From Lama guanicoe (Eukaryota), in contig MU057202.1 in assembly GCA_013239625.1 (NCBI GenBank), positions 2,803,101 to 2,867,100 on the forward strand: a stretch of DNA of 64,000 nt, given 5' to 3'. A program made the translations under genes and the position numbers. The notes below the pieces were generated by a model. It worked only from the letters and a program-made list of their open reading frames with translations, did not search any database and was not told the DNA's origin. Below, piece after piece: positions 1-12,495 of the stretch. Each line of letters opens with the position of its first letter. Positions within the stretch are counted from its first letter, which is position 1.

Positions 1-499
1 TGAGTCACCTGTTTCTCCTCCTCAGGGAGCTGAGAAGGTTAGTCATTTCTCCCTAGGGACCACCCGGGTCTCACTGTGATGGTCAGACAGGGCTGCCAAA
101 GTGTCTGGGGCTCTGAGAATCCCCCTGGCTTCATTATGCAAACCTGGGAACATCCCAGAACAGAGCCCAGAGAAACTGGTCCGCTGGGGCAGCGGGGCAG
201 CGGGGCAGCCGTGGCTGGGGTCTGCCGCCTCCTCCTGGCCCCGAGCTCTGGGCTGCAGGGTCCCCTCTGCCCAGGAGGCCTCGGGACCTGGGGGAGGCCA
301 GCCAGCATGGTGGCTCCCGCTCAGCTGTCACAGCGGCTCAGCGGCTGCCCTTGCTCCAGTTCCCGGTGGCCACCCCACACCCACTGCCACCTCCGTCTGC
401 TCTGGACAAAGAGACCAGAACAAACCCCTTCCCACCACGCAGCAGTGGTGTCGGAGGTTCAACCCCCCCCCACCTAGACGGAGACTAAACCTGCTCACA

Positions 500-634
500 A
501 AAGTGCTAAGCGGCTATGGCCAGGGTGATGGTGACGTGGCCGTACGGCGGACGGGAACGCTCTGTGCCTGCCTCGCGATTTCGCTCTGAACCTGTCACTG
601 CACCAAAAAATAAAACAAAGTCTATTGAAAAAAA
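500..634 (+). mobile_element. Old L1 (L1MC/MD-like) 3' end
   Basis: Ends ...tgaacctgtcactgcaccaaaaaataaaacaaagtctattgaaaaaaa, resembling an L1M 3' terminus with polyA signal. Confidence 0.55.
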
Positions 635-1392
635 CCCCAGCCTCTGGCTTGGCCGAGCCCTGCCCCGGTGTGGGCTCGTTCTGGTCCTGTCCCCGGGGAG
701 CCGGCTCCCTGCTTCTGCACCCGTCCATCGGCACCCAAGCCCGGCTCCCCCTGTGCGTGACTTGATCCACAGGCCGACTGAGGGCCTGCAGCCCCGCAGG
801 CAGCCGGGGCCTGTGCAGACGTTCTGGGCTTTGAGAATCCTCCCCCAACGCCAATGCTGCCCCCATACGAGTCTGGTCTGCTCGGGCTGCCATGGCCACA
901 GACTGGGGAATTGAGCAACACAGATTTATTCTTGCTCAGTCCTGGAGGCTGGAAGTCCGAGATCAAGGTGTCAGCAGTGTCAGTTTCTCCTGAGGGCTCT
1001 CTCTCTCTCTGGCATGCAGACGGCCGCCTCCTCCCCGTGTCCCCGCGTGGTCTTGCCTCTGGGCACATAGCCCCCCGGCGCTTGCATTTCTGCGCACAAA
1101 TTCCCTTTTCTTATAAGGCAGTGGTCAGATTGGGTCAGGGTACCAGTCGAATGGCTTGTGTTAACCGAATCACCTCTTCAGAGGCCCTCTCCAAACACAG
1201 TCCCTGGCTGAGGTCCTGGGGTTCAGGGCTGTGTGGGCAAAGGATGTCACCTGCCACATCAGTAAACAAAGGATGTTGCGGTCATTGAGCCATCAGCCAC
1301 TGCAGCTGCCCGGGTGGAGGAGAATCAGGATGGGGAAAAACAGGGCGCCGGCCTGAGACTGTTAAGGGATCACACATCAAAGGAATAACTTC

Positions 1393-1978
1393 TCGAAAAG
1401 ACACCTGCACCCCAGCGCCCACAGCAGCACTAGACACAGCAGCCAAGACGCGGGCGCACCGAAACGTCCATCGACAGGTGGCTGGGTAAGGAAANNNNNN
1501 NNNNNNNNNNNNNNNNNNNNNNNNNNNNNNNNNNNNNNNNNNNNNNNNNNNNNNNNNNNNNNNNNNNNNNNNNNNNNNNNNNNNNNNNNNNNNNNNNNNN
1601 NNNNNNNNNNNNNNNNNNNNNNNNNNNNNNNNNNNNNNNNNNNNNNNNNNNNNNNNNNNNNNNNNNNNNNNNNATTCATCTACAAAACAGAAACAGACTC
1701 ACAGACATAGTCAACAATCTTATGGCTACCAGGGAAAGGGGGTGGGAAGGGAGAAATTTGGGAGTTCGAGATTTACATATGTTAGCCACTATATACATAT
1801 AAATAGATTTTAAAAAAGCTTCTTCAGTACAGCACAGGGAACTATGTTCAGTATCTTATAATAACCTTTAGTGAAAAAGAGTATGAAAAGGAATACATGT
1901 ATGTCTCTGCATGACTGGGACATTGTGCTCTGCGCCAGAAAGTGACACGCTGTAATTGACTGCACTTCAATTTTAAAA
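1393..1978 (+). mobile_element. 5'-truncated L1, camelid/artiodactyl-type 3' end (contains N gap 1495-1673)
   Basis: L1 ORF2 end/3'UTR motifs (aaaacagaaacagactcacagacatag, gcacagggaactat), A tail, TSD AAAGGAATAA(C/T)TTC at 1379-1392 and 1979-1992. Confidence 0.85.
1495..1673. other. Assembly gap (N run)
   Basis: 179 N. Confidence 1.
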
Positions 1979-2339
1979 AAAGGAATAATTTCATTAAGGC
2001 CAGACTCTTGCATCTTCCCATTCATAGAAAAGCGCTAAATTCATTAACTTGAGATGCTTGGTTTTTCTTTAATTAGCAGTAATATTTTGATGTTCGACCT
2101 CCTAGGTTTTGGGGGTTTTCCCCCCAAAGCACCTATATATCCTGGCTCCTCCCTCACCTTGTCAGAACAGTCCCTCAGAGCTACCTGCGATCCAGATCGC
2201 TGAAATATGCCAGAGTTGAGTCCTCAGTAATGCCCTGAAATGAAACATAATTCTCAAATTTTAGGTTGTGATTTTTTCTCAGTCGACAGCTGCAACAGAT
2301 GGATTCTGGGGAGGCACAGTTCCTGCCTTGGGAGGCACG

Positions 2340-4260
2340 TGACTGGTGGTCTCCCTTTTTGTGATGCTGGGGGCACTGATGCGCCACACCTACATCCACT
2401 ATTTACCAGGGGCTGCAAAGTAGTAAAATTCTAGTTTCATCATTTTGTTTCCGTCAAGAGGTTGGAATAATCTTATAAGGAGGCTCTCTCTGTCATCTCT
2501 ATTTGATTACAATGGGACAGCTCTTAAGGGAAGGCAGGATAAATTTGTTTGCTCTCCTTTAAAATACTGTTATAAATTCACGGATTCAGACATACTTGAT
2601 GGGTTTCTAAGTCACTGCGATTCTTGACCTAATTGAAGCTCAGATCGCCCCACCTCTGGCCAGTGGGAGCCTCCCTCTGTTGCCCCCCAAGTCCTTACAG
2701 CTCACTGGCGTGTCAGGGTGTCACAGGTTCACCTTGTGCGTTTCCTGCCGGACCTGGAAGCTACCACATTCTCCAGCCCAGGTTGTTTCAGGGGTGGGAG
2801 AATGTAGGGAATTTAAGTGCCCCAGAGGGGGTGATCTTTGAGTTCCTCTGTGTTGCAACCTCGTCTTCCCTCTTCCACACCGAGAATCCAGGGTCTCATG
2901 GACACCTGAGACGATGGGATTCGAATATCCCTTAATTAACGTGTCCCACGTCACACACACCCGATAATCTTAGGAGAGCAGCGCCAGGCTCACCACCCCC
3001 AAGCACCACTGCTGAGAAAGTGTCCAGTTTTTGCAGATAACACCCCCGCCGCCCCCCCTTTTTTATTTGTGTGGCGCCTGCACCGTCAGGTCACACAGCC
3101 ATCGCCTGTTCTAATGTCTCTTCATTCCTGGCTCTTCAAGGAGCGAGGTGTTTAACGCTCACCAGCAGTCCTCCGCAGTCATCCTGGTGGTCGGAGCCAT
3201 TTCCAGCGGGCTCTTTAGGAAGGCTGATGGGAACGCTGGATTTTCGCACCTGGAGAGCATTTTATATTGAAGAGCACCTTTGCTGGATGTTAACTCTTTG
3301 GCTCGAGGGTTCTGTCCCTGCGCACCTCAGATACGTCACCTCCTTTTCTTCTGGCGAGGGCTGCTGTTGAAAAGTCTGCCGGTGATCTGATGTTTGTCTC
3401 CTGCAAGTCAGTGCTCGTTTTAACCAGAGGCCAAAAGGATTTTCGCCCTTTTGCTTTAAATACTGGGAATTTTACTAAAATAGGTCTTGGTGTTGGTTGC
3501 TCTAGGTTGATACTCTCAGGTACCCAGCGGACTCTGTCTAGTCCTCGTGCTCCAGGGACGCTTGCCTGAACAGCTCCTGGCGTCTGGTCAGCCCCCGGCC
3601 TTGGCTGCCTCCAGCAAAGGCCTCTGTTATCCCCGTGTTGGGTCTTTCTCGCCCGTCTTCAGAATTTCACACTGCTTCTCAGATCTCTGATCACACTCTC
3701 CGTTCCCTTTTAACTTGCGGACGTCTCTCCTGCTCACCCTGCTCTTCCCTCAGGCACGGTTTCCGTATCTTTCCTCTGTGTTCCTCTCTGTAGCCCCCTG
3801 TGTTGGTCTTCACTGAGAAACGTCTTTTCTTTTCTTTTTCACTCTCTTCTTGAGTCTGTCATTTCCGAGGTTTAAAAGCTGACTTCTAATGCTGTGTTTC
3901 TTACGTTTTGAATCGCTTTCTTAAGCCTTTCTGGCTTATCGTGAAGCAGAGCATCGCGGTTCTGGCCTTTGTCCCGACGCCTCCTTCTGAGCGCTCTCCT
4001 CTCTGTGGACGTGTCCTTCTGCTGCAACTCTCGCCTGTTCTGCTGTGACTTTGTGCGGGATTTGACCTTGACACTTTCCTGTTGCTTTTTGTGTGACTTG
4101 AATGTTTATGAGCCTTTAGCAGGAGGCCTGGTACCGAGGCGTCTCCTACTCCGCAGACGGCCTTCTTCTGCTGGTCTCTCGTGATCTGAACCATAGCGGC
4201 CTCTCTCACCACACCCCCTCCCTCATTTGTCTCCATCACCACTGTCCTTCTCAGCTCTGA
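2340..4260 (-). mobile_element. Highly decayed old L1 fragments
   Basis: T-rich plus strand with L1M-like antisense motifs (tgttgaaaagtctg, ttttatattgaag); boundaries vague. Confidence 0.4.
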
Positions 4261-4619
4261 TCCCACCCTCGAGTTCTCGCCTGACCCGGGGCTCCGTCCT
4301 GGAAAGGAGCCCAGACTGCGTTTTGAGCGCTCACTGGGGTAGGCCATTCCAGCCTCATCAGACAGGACCAGGTCACCCCACACTCACCCCTCTGCCAGCT
4401 TCACCTGCTGGTGTCAACCACCTGCCACCATGCGGTCCGGGGCACCGGGGGCACGCCCTAACTCGGCCCCTTACTGCCCTCTGCTCTCTCTGCATGGACC
4501 CAGCACCCCAAGTCTGCACTGCAGTGGCCCGGCCCCACCCGCTGGGACTTCGGGCTGTGAGAGGAAAACTACTTTAGCTCCTGGTTTTGCTGCAAATGTT
4601 ATCCACAGGATGTTTTATA

Positions 4620-4880
4620 TTTTAAAGATCTATTTTTAAAAATTCATTTAAAATAGGAATAGTAATCCTATTACATGTTAATGTAAACAGCCTTTTTTCA
4701 GTGAAACCTGACTATATTTCTGAAAACACAGTATTGAGAAGAATGTCATTGTTTTATGTTTTTGCAAATGTCTTAGTGTCTGAGTTAATAGAAGACAGTT
4801 GGATTTTTCTATCTGCTTGTGCATTTAATCTGTTAGGCTGTTGCATGTCACGTTGCTCTGGAAAACTCCACCGTACGCTC
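4620..4880. mobile_element. Charlie1-like hAT DNA transposon fragment
   Basis: ttaatagaagacagttggatttttctatctgcttgtgcatttaatctgtt...ctctggaaaactccac resembles the Charlie1 consensus. Confidence 0.65.
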
Positions 4881-5019
4881 AGGGGAATTTTTCTTTTTCT
4901 AACTGTCTGTTTTCAAGTGGGGCTTTTGTAATCTCTGAAAACTATGTTACTGTGTTACTACTTCCATCTTCCCAGAATCCTTTATGAGCGTTTTGGGTCA
5001 GGGAGGGGATAAGAAATAG

Positions 5020-5830
5020 GCGAAGGTGTGACATCCTGTCTCACCACATCCATATAACACAGCGAGGGTGGGGCTTGGCCAACACGAAAGGGCAGGATAA
5101 AGACAAAACGCATAAACCTCGGGGAAGGAGAAGCAGAGCTGTCATTATTCAGACAACATCATGTGGAAAACACAAAGGGATTTACCAATCATCAGTGACA
5201 ATTAACAAGTACGTTTGGCTAGGTTACTGGATACAAGATTAATATACAAAATTCCTTTTTTTTTTTCCTATGTGGCAGCAGCAAACAAATAGAAAATAAA
5301 AATTTTCGAAAGTTACCATTTATAAGTGCATCAAAAAATGTCAAATACTGATGAATAAAAGGAACAAAAGATGTGCAGGGCACTGAAGACCACAAAGTGC
5401 CGTCGAGGAGAACGTTAAGGAGCCGTGCACAGACGGAGGGACAGATGAGAGTAACTGGGGGAAGACTCAGTATCAGAAAGGGTCCCTTCTTTCCAAACTG
5501 AGCTGCAGAGTCAACGCTGCCATGACCAAATCCCGGAGGGTGTCCTGTGCGCAGGTGCAAACCGACCAGTGATTCTAAACTTAAGTGGGAATGCAGAGGA
5601 CTGAGAAGACAAAGCACGGTGGAGAGAAAGGGAGGTATGAGTGCTCAGCTCCAGACGTCAGCAGAGAGGAGGGTGGGTGCAAGGTAATGTGTGGGTGGGA
5701 GCTGGGACCCGCTGCCTTTAATCCCCAAAGGAATGGCTTCAGCACATCCACACATCTTATAAAGCAGGAGTTGAAGGCAGGCAGGAAATCAGGACATGGT
5801 CGCACTGTCTCCGACCACTCCCTGCACCAC
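5020..5830 (+). mobile_element. Old L1 ORF2 fragment
   Basis: ggatacaagattaatatacaaaa, gcatcaaaaaat, ggaagactcagtat: typical L1 RT-downstream sequence, disrupted. Confidence 0.7.
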
Positions 5831-8029
5831 GGCTCAGGGTCTGTGGGAACTCAGTCTGGGCATCTTGAGACCCGTCGCTGACCACTGACATACTCTGATG
5901 TCCATCCAGCACGCCCGGAACCTCCACCTGAGCCGCTGGCTTCTTCTGGGGTCACATCAGTTCTTTGGCAGGATTGTGCCCAGTCACCAGGGAACCTCAG
6001 TTTTGAAAGGCAAAACCAAACCAGCTATTGTTTGTCATTTTCATTTTAAAAAGACTGCTGAATCTCTGGACCAGAGTGCAATGCCGGCAGCTGCCCGTGC
6101 TCTTTGCTTGTGGTCCACACAGCCCACAAGTCTACACTTGGCAACTTGGCATTTTCCCTCACTCCCAGCCCAGGACTTACGCCTGAAGTCTTTGGCAAAC
6201 TGCAGAAATTGACAGGAGGAACCGAAGACCAGGAGGGGAGTCAAGTTGGAGAGAAGCCAGTTCTCAGACTTGTCCAGTCGGGTCGGGGAAGCCATTAATC
6301 CGCTGGAATGAGAGCTGCACTCTTGGGTCCCTCCGGCTGTTTCATTCCTTGGGAATTAGTGCATAGGATCCTGCAGGTTTCAACAAACAAGGCCAGAAGG
6401 GGGTTGGGGGTGTGCGCTGGGCGTCTGAGGCCATGGTCCCAGGATGGAGCCCAAGGCAGCAGCCTCCGTGTATGGGGTCCCTCCGTCTGTGAGATGGTCA
6501 GGAGTCCATTGTGTGACACAAACGAGGCTTAGTGGGGATGCAGAAATTCACCAAGTCAAATGAGTTTCACAGGCCTACTGTCAGCCACGGTGCCAGAAGG
6601 GGCTTCTGACGGCAAACTCCCACATCAGCCCCCACCCACGGCCTCTTGGAGGCTCCGCGTGACACTGTTGGGCGCCTTGGCCCCTCTCTCTTGGAAAGCA
6701 AGCCAATCCTGCCACCTCGGGTGTTGGCTTTTGGCCTCTTTGCTCTGTGCGCCTTGGGGTCTCTAGGTCTCCAGAGGGCTCCCCGCTGGGGGAGCAAATG
6801 AAAATAAACTCACATTAGCTTTTCCATTTTTATTGACCCAGAGAAGACTCTTGCTTCACTGGCCTCCGTCTGCTTGGCTGGTGGACACATCTTTTCAGCC
6901 CAAGGCAAAAATCATGCAATGTTGCCTCCTCCAGAGGCGAGTGTATAACTCACTGTAATTATCCACCCTGCCAGACCACGTGAAGGCCCCGGGGACACGG
7001 CCGTCCTTGCCTCCCCAGTGTGGCTGCCCTTTGTCTCTGAGCATCACTACCTCCTGGCTCCCCAGGGCTCCCCAACCCGGGAGGGGCCGGCCATATCCCG
7101 CTGCCAGGATGCAGTGTCATTTATCTCGTGGTTACCGGGCCCAGTCAGCTGTGGAACCCCGCCGATAAATATTATTCTCTGTTGCCAATAGCCAAGGCCA
7201 AGCCCAATTTGGAAGCGGAGGTCAAATGAGCAAGGTTCGCAGATCCCACGTGGACGGGACGGGCGCCCAAGCACAGTGTCTCTGCTCACAGGGTCATTCC
7301 GTTACAGTTGGAGGGAAGCTCATTTGCTGAAGTGGCACAATGAGCGTCCAGAGGCTGAGACTTGAGCCTCTACCCAGGACACTGTTCCCTCTGTTCTTCC
7401 CCAGCCGAGGCCAAGAGCCCTTTGTGTGTCTGAATAGCTGGCTGGGAACTGGACAACGCACCATGCCAAGAACAGCGACAGGGCTGCCTCTGCTGGGATC
7501 ACTCGCCTGTTTTACAAATATTTGGCGAGTGCCCGCCTTGTGGTCGGGCGCTCTGGACACAGAGGCCTCGGCTCCTACGGAGCTCACAGCTGGTTCTCGG
7601 AGGGGGACGGAGAGGGCCAGGTGAACGGGGACACAGGTAGTTTTGGACGATGATAAGCATGTGAATGAACTCAACAGGGCAGCCTGGTGGGCAGGATGGG
7701 CCTCCTTCAGGGGCAGGGGCGGGAGGGCACTTGAGGACAGGACCTGCTGAGGGAGTGACCTGGAGGCAGGGCCACTGTGCTGCGATGGGGGGCGGGGAGA
7801 GGCAGGACCACCTCCCACGGGGCTGTGGGCGTGGGAAGGGGTTTGGATTCTGCTCTAGCACCGTGGGGAGCTGCGGGGGGGCGGGAAGCTGGGCTGTGAC
7901 ACAAGGGACCCACCGTCTAAAGAAAGAGCAAAGGAAAAAAGGGCAACTCACACTAAAGCAAGCTGCTGTGACACTTCAGAGCAAAGGTGTAGCATCGAGG
8001 GCGCTGCAGACATCCAGGGCGGGAGGCGG

Positions 8030-8220
8030 CCATGTCAAAGGGAAAGGAATCAGAATGGCCCCCAGCGTTTTACTAGGCAGTGTTGATGAGAGAAGGAGAT
8101 TGAGACTTGCCTCCAAAATATGGACAGAGAATCATTTTCAGTCTAGAACTTTATGTCCAGTCAAGCTGTCAATTAAATGGGAGAGCCGAATAAAGACATT
8201 TTCAGATAAAAACGAAAGAA
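8030..8220 (+). mobile_element. Old L1 ORF1 fragment
   Basis: Translates GIRMA...ENHFQSRTLCPVKLSIKWESRIKTFSD, similar to the L1 ORF1p C-terminus (FQPRILYPAKLS..EG.IKTFSD). Confidence 0.7.
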
Positions 8221-8259
8221 AGGAAAGAGCAGTCCAGCCCCTGTGGGACGACGAGAGGT

Positions 8260-8665
8260 TGGGGAGGCAGGCAGGGTACCCATGACTCGACCCCAGAAGG
8301 CACCTGTGGATGTGGGGCCTCACGTGGCACAAGGGACTTTGCCGGCAGGATTAGGGGTAGGCTCTTGCAGTGAGAGTTGATCCTGGAAGACCCGAGGGTC
8401 CCAATGTCCTCACAAGGATCTCTGTCGGGGAGACGGGAGGTCAGAGGAGAGACGTGAGAACAGAGGCAGAGGTCGGGCCACGAGCCCAGGGGTGCAGTTC
8501 CTCTGGGAGCTGGCTGAGGCAAAGGAACAGGGGGACCAGCCCTGTGACCCCTTGGTTTTAGCCCCCTGAGACCCAGACTGGACATCTGACCTCTGGAACT
8601 GTGAGACAGTAAGGTCGTGTGTGTCAGGATACTGGCGCTGGGTAATCACATCAAAGGGAGACTAG
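8260..8665 (+). mobile_element. MLT1 LTR
   Basis: acagaggcagaggtc...gacatctgacctctggaactgtgagacagtaa hallmarks. Confidence 0.7.
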
Positions 8666-9084
8666 CGCACCCCAGCACGATCCAGGTGAGAAGGCCGAGC
8701 GCACAGGTGCCCGGGTCCGCAGACAGGCTTCGCGTCACGGGGCAGAGCGAGGAAGGGACAGCTGAGAGTCCCACAGCAGGCGGGCCGAAGGGACGGGGCA
8801 TCTGCTGCCTGGCCGGCAGGCAGCTCTGGGCTGTGGGGTGGAGGGTGGGCGGGGCGGCTGGCGGCGGCCTAGGAGGCGGTGCTCCGCGTCCTGTCTCTGC
8901 GCCTCCAGGTACGCCAGGGTGCCTCTATCCATGCACGTAAATAATCAGGAAAGATGGTTCTATTTCTTTTGGTCAAGATGTCAGATACTTTCCTGTTAGC
9001 CTGACGTTATGATAAATCCAAGACAGAAACAAACAGCAGGGAAAACAGAACAAACGAGGTCGGCAGGGCGAGTACACGTGCCAG

Positions 9085-9270
9085 AAACGCACTAGACGTT
9101 CGTAAAACAGACAAGCAACTCGGAATCACCGGGCAGCACAGGGAACCATACGCGATATCTCGTAATAACCTGTAGTGGAAAATAATCTGAAAAAAAGTGT
9201 TTACATAATGAGTCACTTTGCTGTGCACCTGAAACTAACATAACATTGTAAATCAATTTAAAAAAGAGAA
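9085..9270 (+). mobile_element. L1 3' end (artiodactyl type)
   Basis: gcacagggaacca...gagtcactttgctgtgcacctgaaactaacataacattgtaaatcaa plus A tail. Confidence 0.8.
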
Positions 9271-9307
9271 GGAAATATATTAGAAATAGGACCCAGCAGG
9301 GTGCTTG

Positions 9308-9620
9308 TGTGTCCTGGGATCGCTGTGACAAATTGTCACTAACGGGGAGGGACTTGAAACCACAGGAGTTGATTCTCTCCCAGTCCTGGAGGCCAGAAGC
9401 CCAAAGTCAAGGTGTCGGCAGGGCCGCGCTCCCTCTGAAGGCTCCAGGGGAGGGTCCTTTCTTAACCTCCCGGCTTCCGGTTGTGGCTGGCAGTCCATGG
9501 GTCCTGGCTCCCAGCGGCAGCCCTTCAGTCTCTGCCCATCCTCACACGGCCTTCACCGTGTCTTCGTGTGTTTGTATGAGGACACCTGTCACTGGGTTTA
9601 GGGCCCACCCTCACCTGGCA
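9308..9620 (-). mobile_element. MLT1 LTR
   Basis: cagtcctggaggccagaagcccaaagtcaaggtgtcggcagggccgcgctccctctgaaggctc hallmark. Confidence 0.75.
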
Positions 9621-9624
9621 CGAC

Positions 9625-10510
9625 GTAGTGGGCTGAATCGTGTTCCCCCCGAAAGCATGTCCGAATCCTGACCCCTGGGACCTGAGAATGTGACCTTATT
9701 TGGAGACATGGTCTTTGCTGCTGTAATTAAGTTACAAAATCCAATGAGTGTCCTTAAAGAGGCAGAAGAGGGAGGTTTGAGATACAGGGACATTGGAAGA
9801 AGGCCACATGTCCTTAGAGAGGCCGAGATTAGACTGATTCGGCCACAAGCCAAGGGGCACTGGGAGCCACTAAAAGCTGGGCGAGGCCGGAAAGGTGCGA
9901 GGGCAGGTCTAGGCGTCAACTTGGCTGGACCACAGGGTGCCCGGACATTTGGCCAGACGTTCTTCTGCAAGTTTCTTTGTGAAGGTGTTTTGGATGAAAT
10001 GAACCAATATAAACTGTCGTACCGAGTGGAGAGGCCTGCCCTCTGGGGTGTGGGAGGGCTGCACCCAATCAGCTGAAGGCCTGAGTGGAACAGAAAGGCT
10101 GACCCTCCTCGGAGTAAGAGAGAATCCCTTTGCGCTGGACAGCAGTTTCCTCCTGCCTTTGGACGCAAACTGAAGCAGCTTTTCTTCCCGGGTCTAGAGC
10201 CCGCTGGCTTTTGGACTGAACCCACACTGCCCGCTCCCCTGGGTGTCCAGCTTGCTGATCCAAAGGCGGATCTCGGGACCTGTCAGTCACATGAGCGATT
10301 CCTGTAATAAATCTCCCTCTGGACGTGAACCCATTCTATTGGCTGTTCCTCTGGAGAAATCCGACCAGGGAGCACCTGGAGGGAGCTTGGCTCTGCCGAC
10401 ACCTGGACTTCAGACTCCTGGCCCCAAGGACTGCCAGAGGACACATCCCTATTGTTCCAAACCTCATGGTACATGGTAAGCTGTTTCAGCTGCCCCAGGA
10501 AACTCACACG
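9625..10510 (+). mobile_element. MLT1 LTR interrupted by an MLT2 LTR (~9896-10370)
   Basis: MLT1 5' part (gaatgtgaccttatttggaga) and 3' part (gccgacacctggacttcagactcctggcc) flank MLT2 sequence (gtcaacttggctgg...caatcagctgaaggcctga...aataaatctc). Confidence 0.75.
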
Positions 10511-12439
10511 CTCTCAAGAAACCAAAACAACTTGAAGGAGAGGGAATTCCCAGCTACTCAAGAAACTCCTCTCTAGAAACCCAACTCCTCTGAAACGCAC
10601 AGTCGTCCTGACCCTCAGAGATGTTCGCCTCCAAGGACACGGCTGCCAGGGGAGGAGGGGAGGCAGCCGCTGCGGACTTGGGGTTCCTGCGTCGTCTGTG
10701 TTGGTAACGAGCCTCAGGTCAGCGCTGGAGGAGCTCGAACCACAGCCGTAGGCTCTCAGGACGGGGAGACCTCTCTGGGCCTCTGCCGCCCCGTCTGCCA
10801 ATCAAATGAGAGCATTTGTCTAAGAAGACCCCCAGCCCCCTTTGCAACTCCGTGGCGTCTGTGATCGGAGGGTCAGAGCGGGCGCCCCGACCGAGAGGTG
10901 CCTGCCAGGGAAGCAGCCGCAGCAAGGGCGGCCACCTGCTCCAGGTTACCCGGAGAGAAACCGGGAGAAGGCCGTGGACTTCTGGCTATTTCCTTGGCTA
11001 TGCTCAGGAGTTCACCCCCTAGCAGACTGCCAGGGCATGGGCCTCCCTCTCCCGGGGTCTGTGTGGCCCTGTTGGAAAGCCCCCTAGACCAGGAGTGCAC
11101 AAGACCTGCCCCCACCGGGGAGCCAGTGCCCCCACACACCCGCGCTTCAGGGTGGCCTGCGTCCCCTCTGGGGCGGCCAAACATCTGACAGGACAGAGTC
11201 CATATTCTCTTGGCCATGTCCTCTCAATCTGAGGAAGTTCCAGCAAACAGAGCACAGCTGTCCGTTTGGGGTGGGGAGGGGGCAGCGACAAGGTCACAAG
11301 CGGGTGCCTCCCCGTCGGGAGCCACTTGCTCCCAGGACCCCGGGTCTTTGGCCTCCCTGCCTCGGCTGGTGTTGGCCCTTTTCCCCACTGTCCCTCCTCC
11401 ATCGCACCCCCACCACTACAAGTAGAGTTCCAGGGTTCCTAAGGCTCCGACCACCTCTGTGGAGAAGCCTCATCTCCATCGTTCACACAGGGGCATCTTC
11501 CCAACCACGCCGTTAACACCTGCGAAAATGTGATGCTCGGCTCATCCCAGCTGATCCACGGACCTGGGGCCTAAAGACAGGCTAGAACTCTTAGCACGTT
11601 TCACTGCCCCCTCGCCCCGCCGTGGGCCCCCAGCACCTGCACGGGACCCCCGGCCCACCGCCGCCCTATCCTGGGTGTGACCCATGCTGTCACTCCAGGA
11701 ACACTCGTCTACCTGACAAAGCCAGGGGCTCGTGAAGCACGGTGGGATTTTATTCCTTTCGGGGCCCCTCCAGGCCCTAGCACCAGGCCCTGCGCTGGGC
11801 TGCCACCCTGTCTAGGTGGCCCAGGAGGATTAAAGACAGCCGTACAAATTCTGGCTCTCCTCCCACCAAGGGGTGGGCTCTGCAACTCCTCACCTTGAGT
11901 CTGAGTGGGCTCTGTGGCTGCTGGACCAATAGAGTCTGGAGGAAGGGACTTGGTGCCAGTGTCGGCCCGGCCTTAGGTGGCGGTTTCTACCTCCCATCTC
12001 TTGAGATAGTCACTTTTGGAGCCCAGAACTTCCCTGTGAGAAGTCTGACCACCAGACATTGGAATGCCAGGCTCTGGAGAGCCCCACAGAGGGCTGCAGG
12101 GAGAGAGAGGTGCCTGCCCAGCCCGGGAGGATGAAGCCGTGAGATGAGCCTGGATCCAGCTGCCGTGTGGGACCCTGAGCAAGAACCATCCACTGAGCCC
12201 AAATGCCCAGAGCCATGAGCACTCACAGTAAATTGTCTTAAGCCAGTAACTCTGGGGCTTACAGTGACAGCCGGAGCAAGTGGCTTGGTGAGAACTAAAA
12301 AAGTACTCCCTTTTGGGGAGTCGTGTTGTTAAAAAGCACCTCCCTCTGGGCCAGGCACAGTCCCACAGGAGGCTTGGCTAGTGGACAGTTACTCTGTGCA
12401 AAGAAGCAGATGCCCCGTCCTCGAGCTGGAGGATGTCCA

Positions 12440-12495
12440 GGCCAGAGTGCCTTTGGGCAGTGTGCAAACTGTGCAACTGTACATGGCAGCCCTGC
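12440..12495. mobile_element. MER53-like terminal fragment
   Basis: gcagtgtgcaaactgtgcaactgtacatggcagccctg resembles the MER53 terminus. Confidence 0.4.

Larger units (their letters stand above)
1232..2288 (+). mobile_element. ERV1-type solo LTR (TG...CA) with 4-bp TSD GCTG, interrupted by an L1
   Basis: Starts tgtgggcaaagg, ends ctcagtcgaca; GCTG at 1228-1231 and 2289-2292; TATA-like ctatatat at ~2134. Confidence 0.75.
870..2330 (-). mobile_element. MLT1 (MaLR) LTR, split by a nested ERV LTR
   Basis: Hallmarks ctggaggctggaagtccgagatcaaggtgtcagcag and ctgaggtcctggggttcagg; resumes at 2293 as caacagatggattctggggaggcacagttc. Confidence 0.7.

Noticed and set aside
7665-8285. 206-aa ORF with a protein-like C-terminus
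   Set aside because: The protein-like part is a decayed L1 ORF1 fragment.
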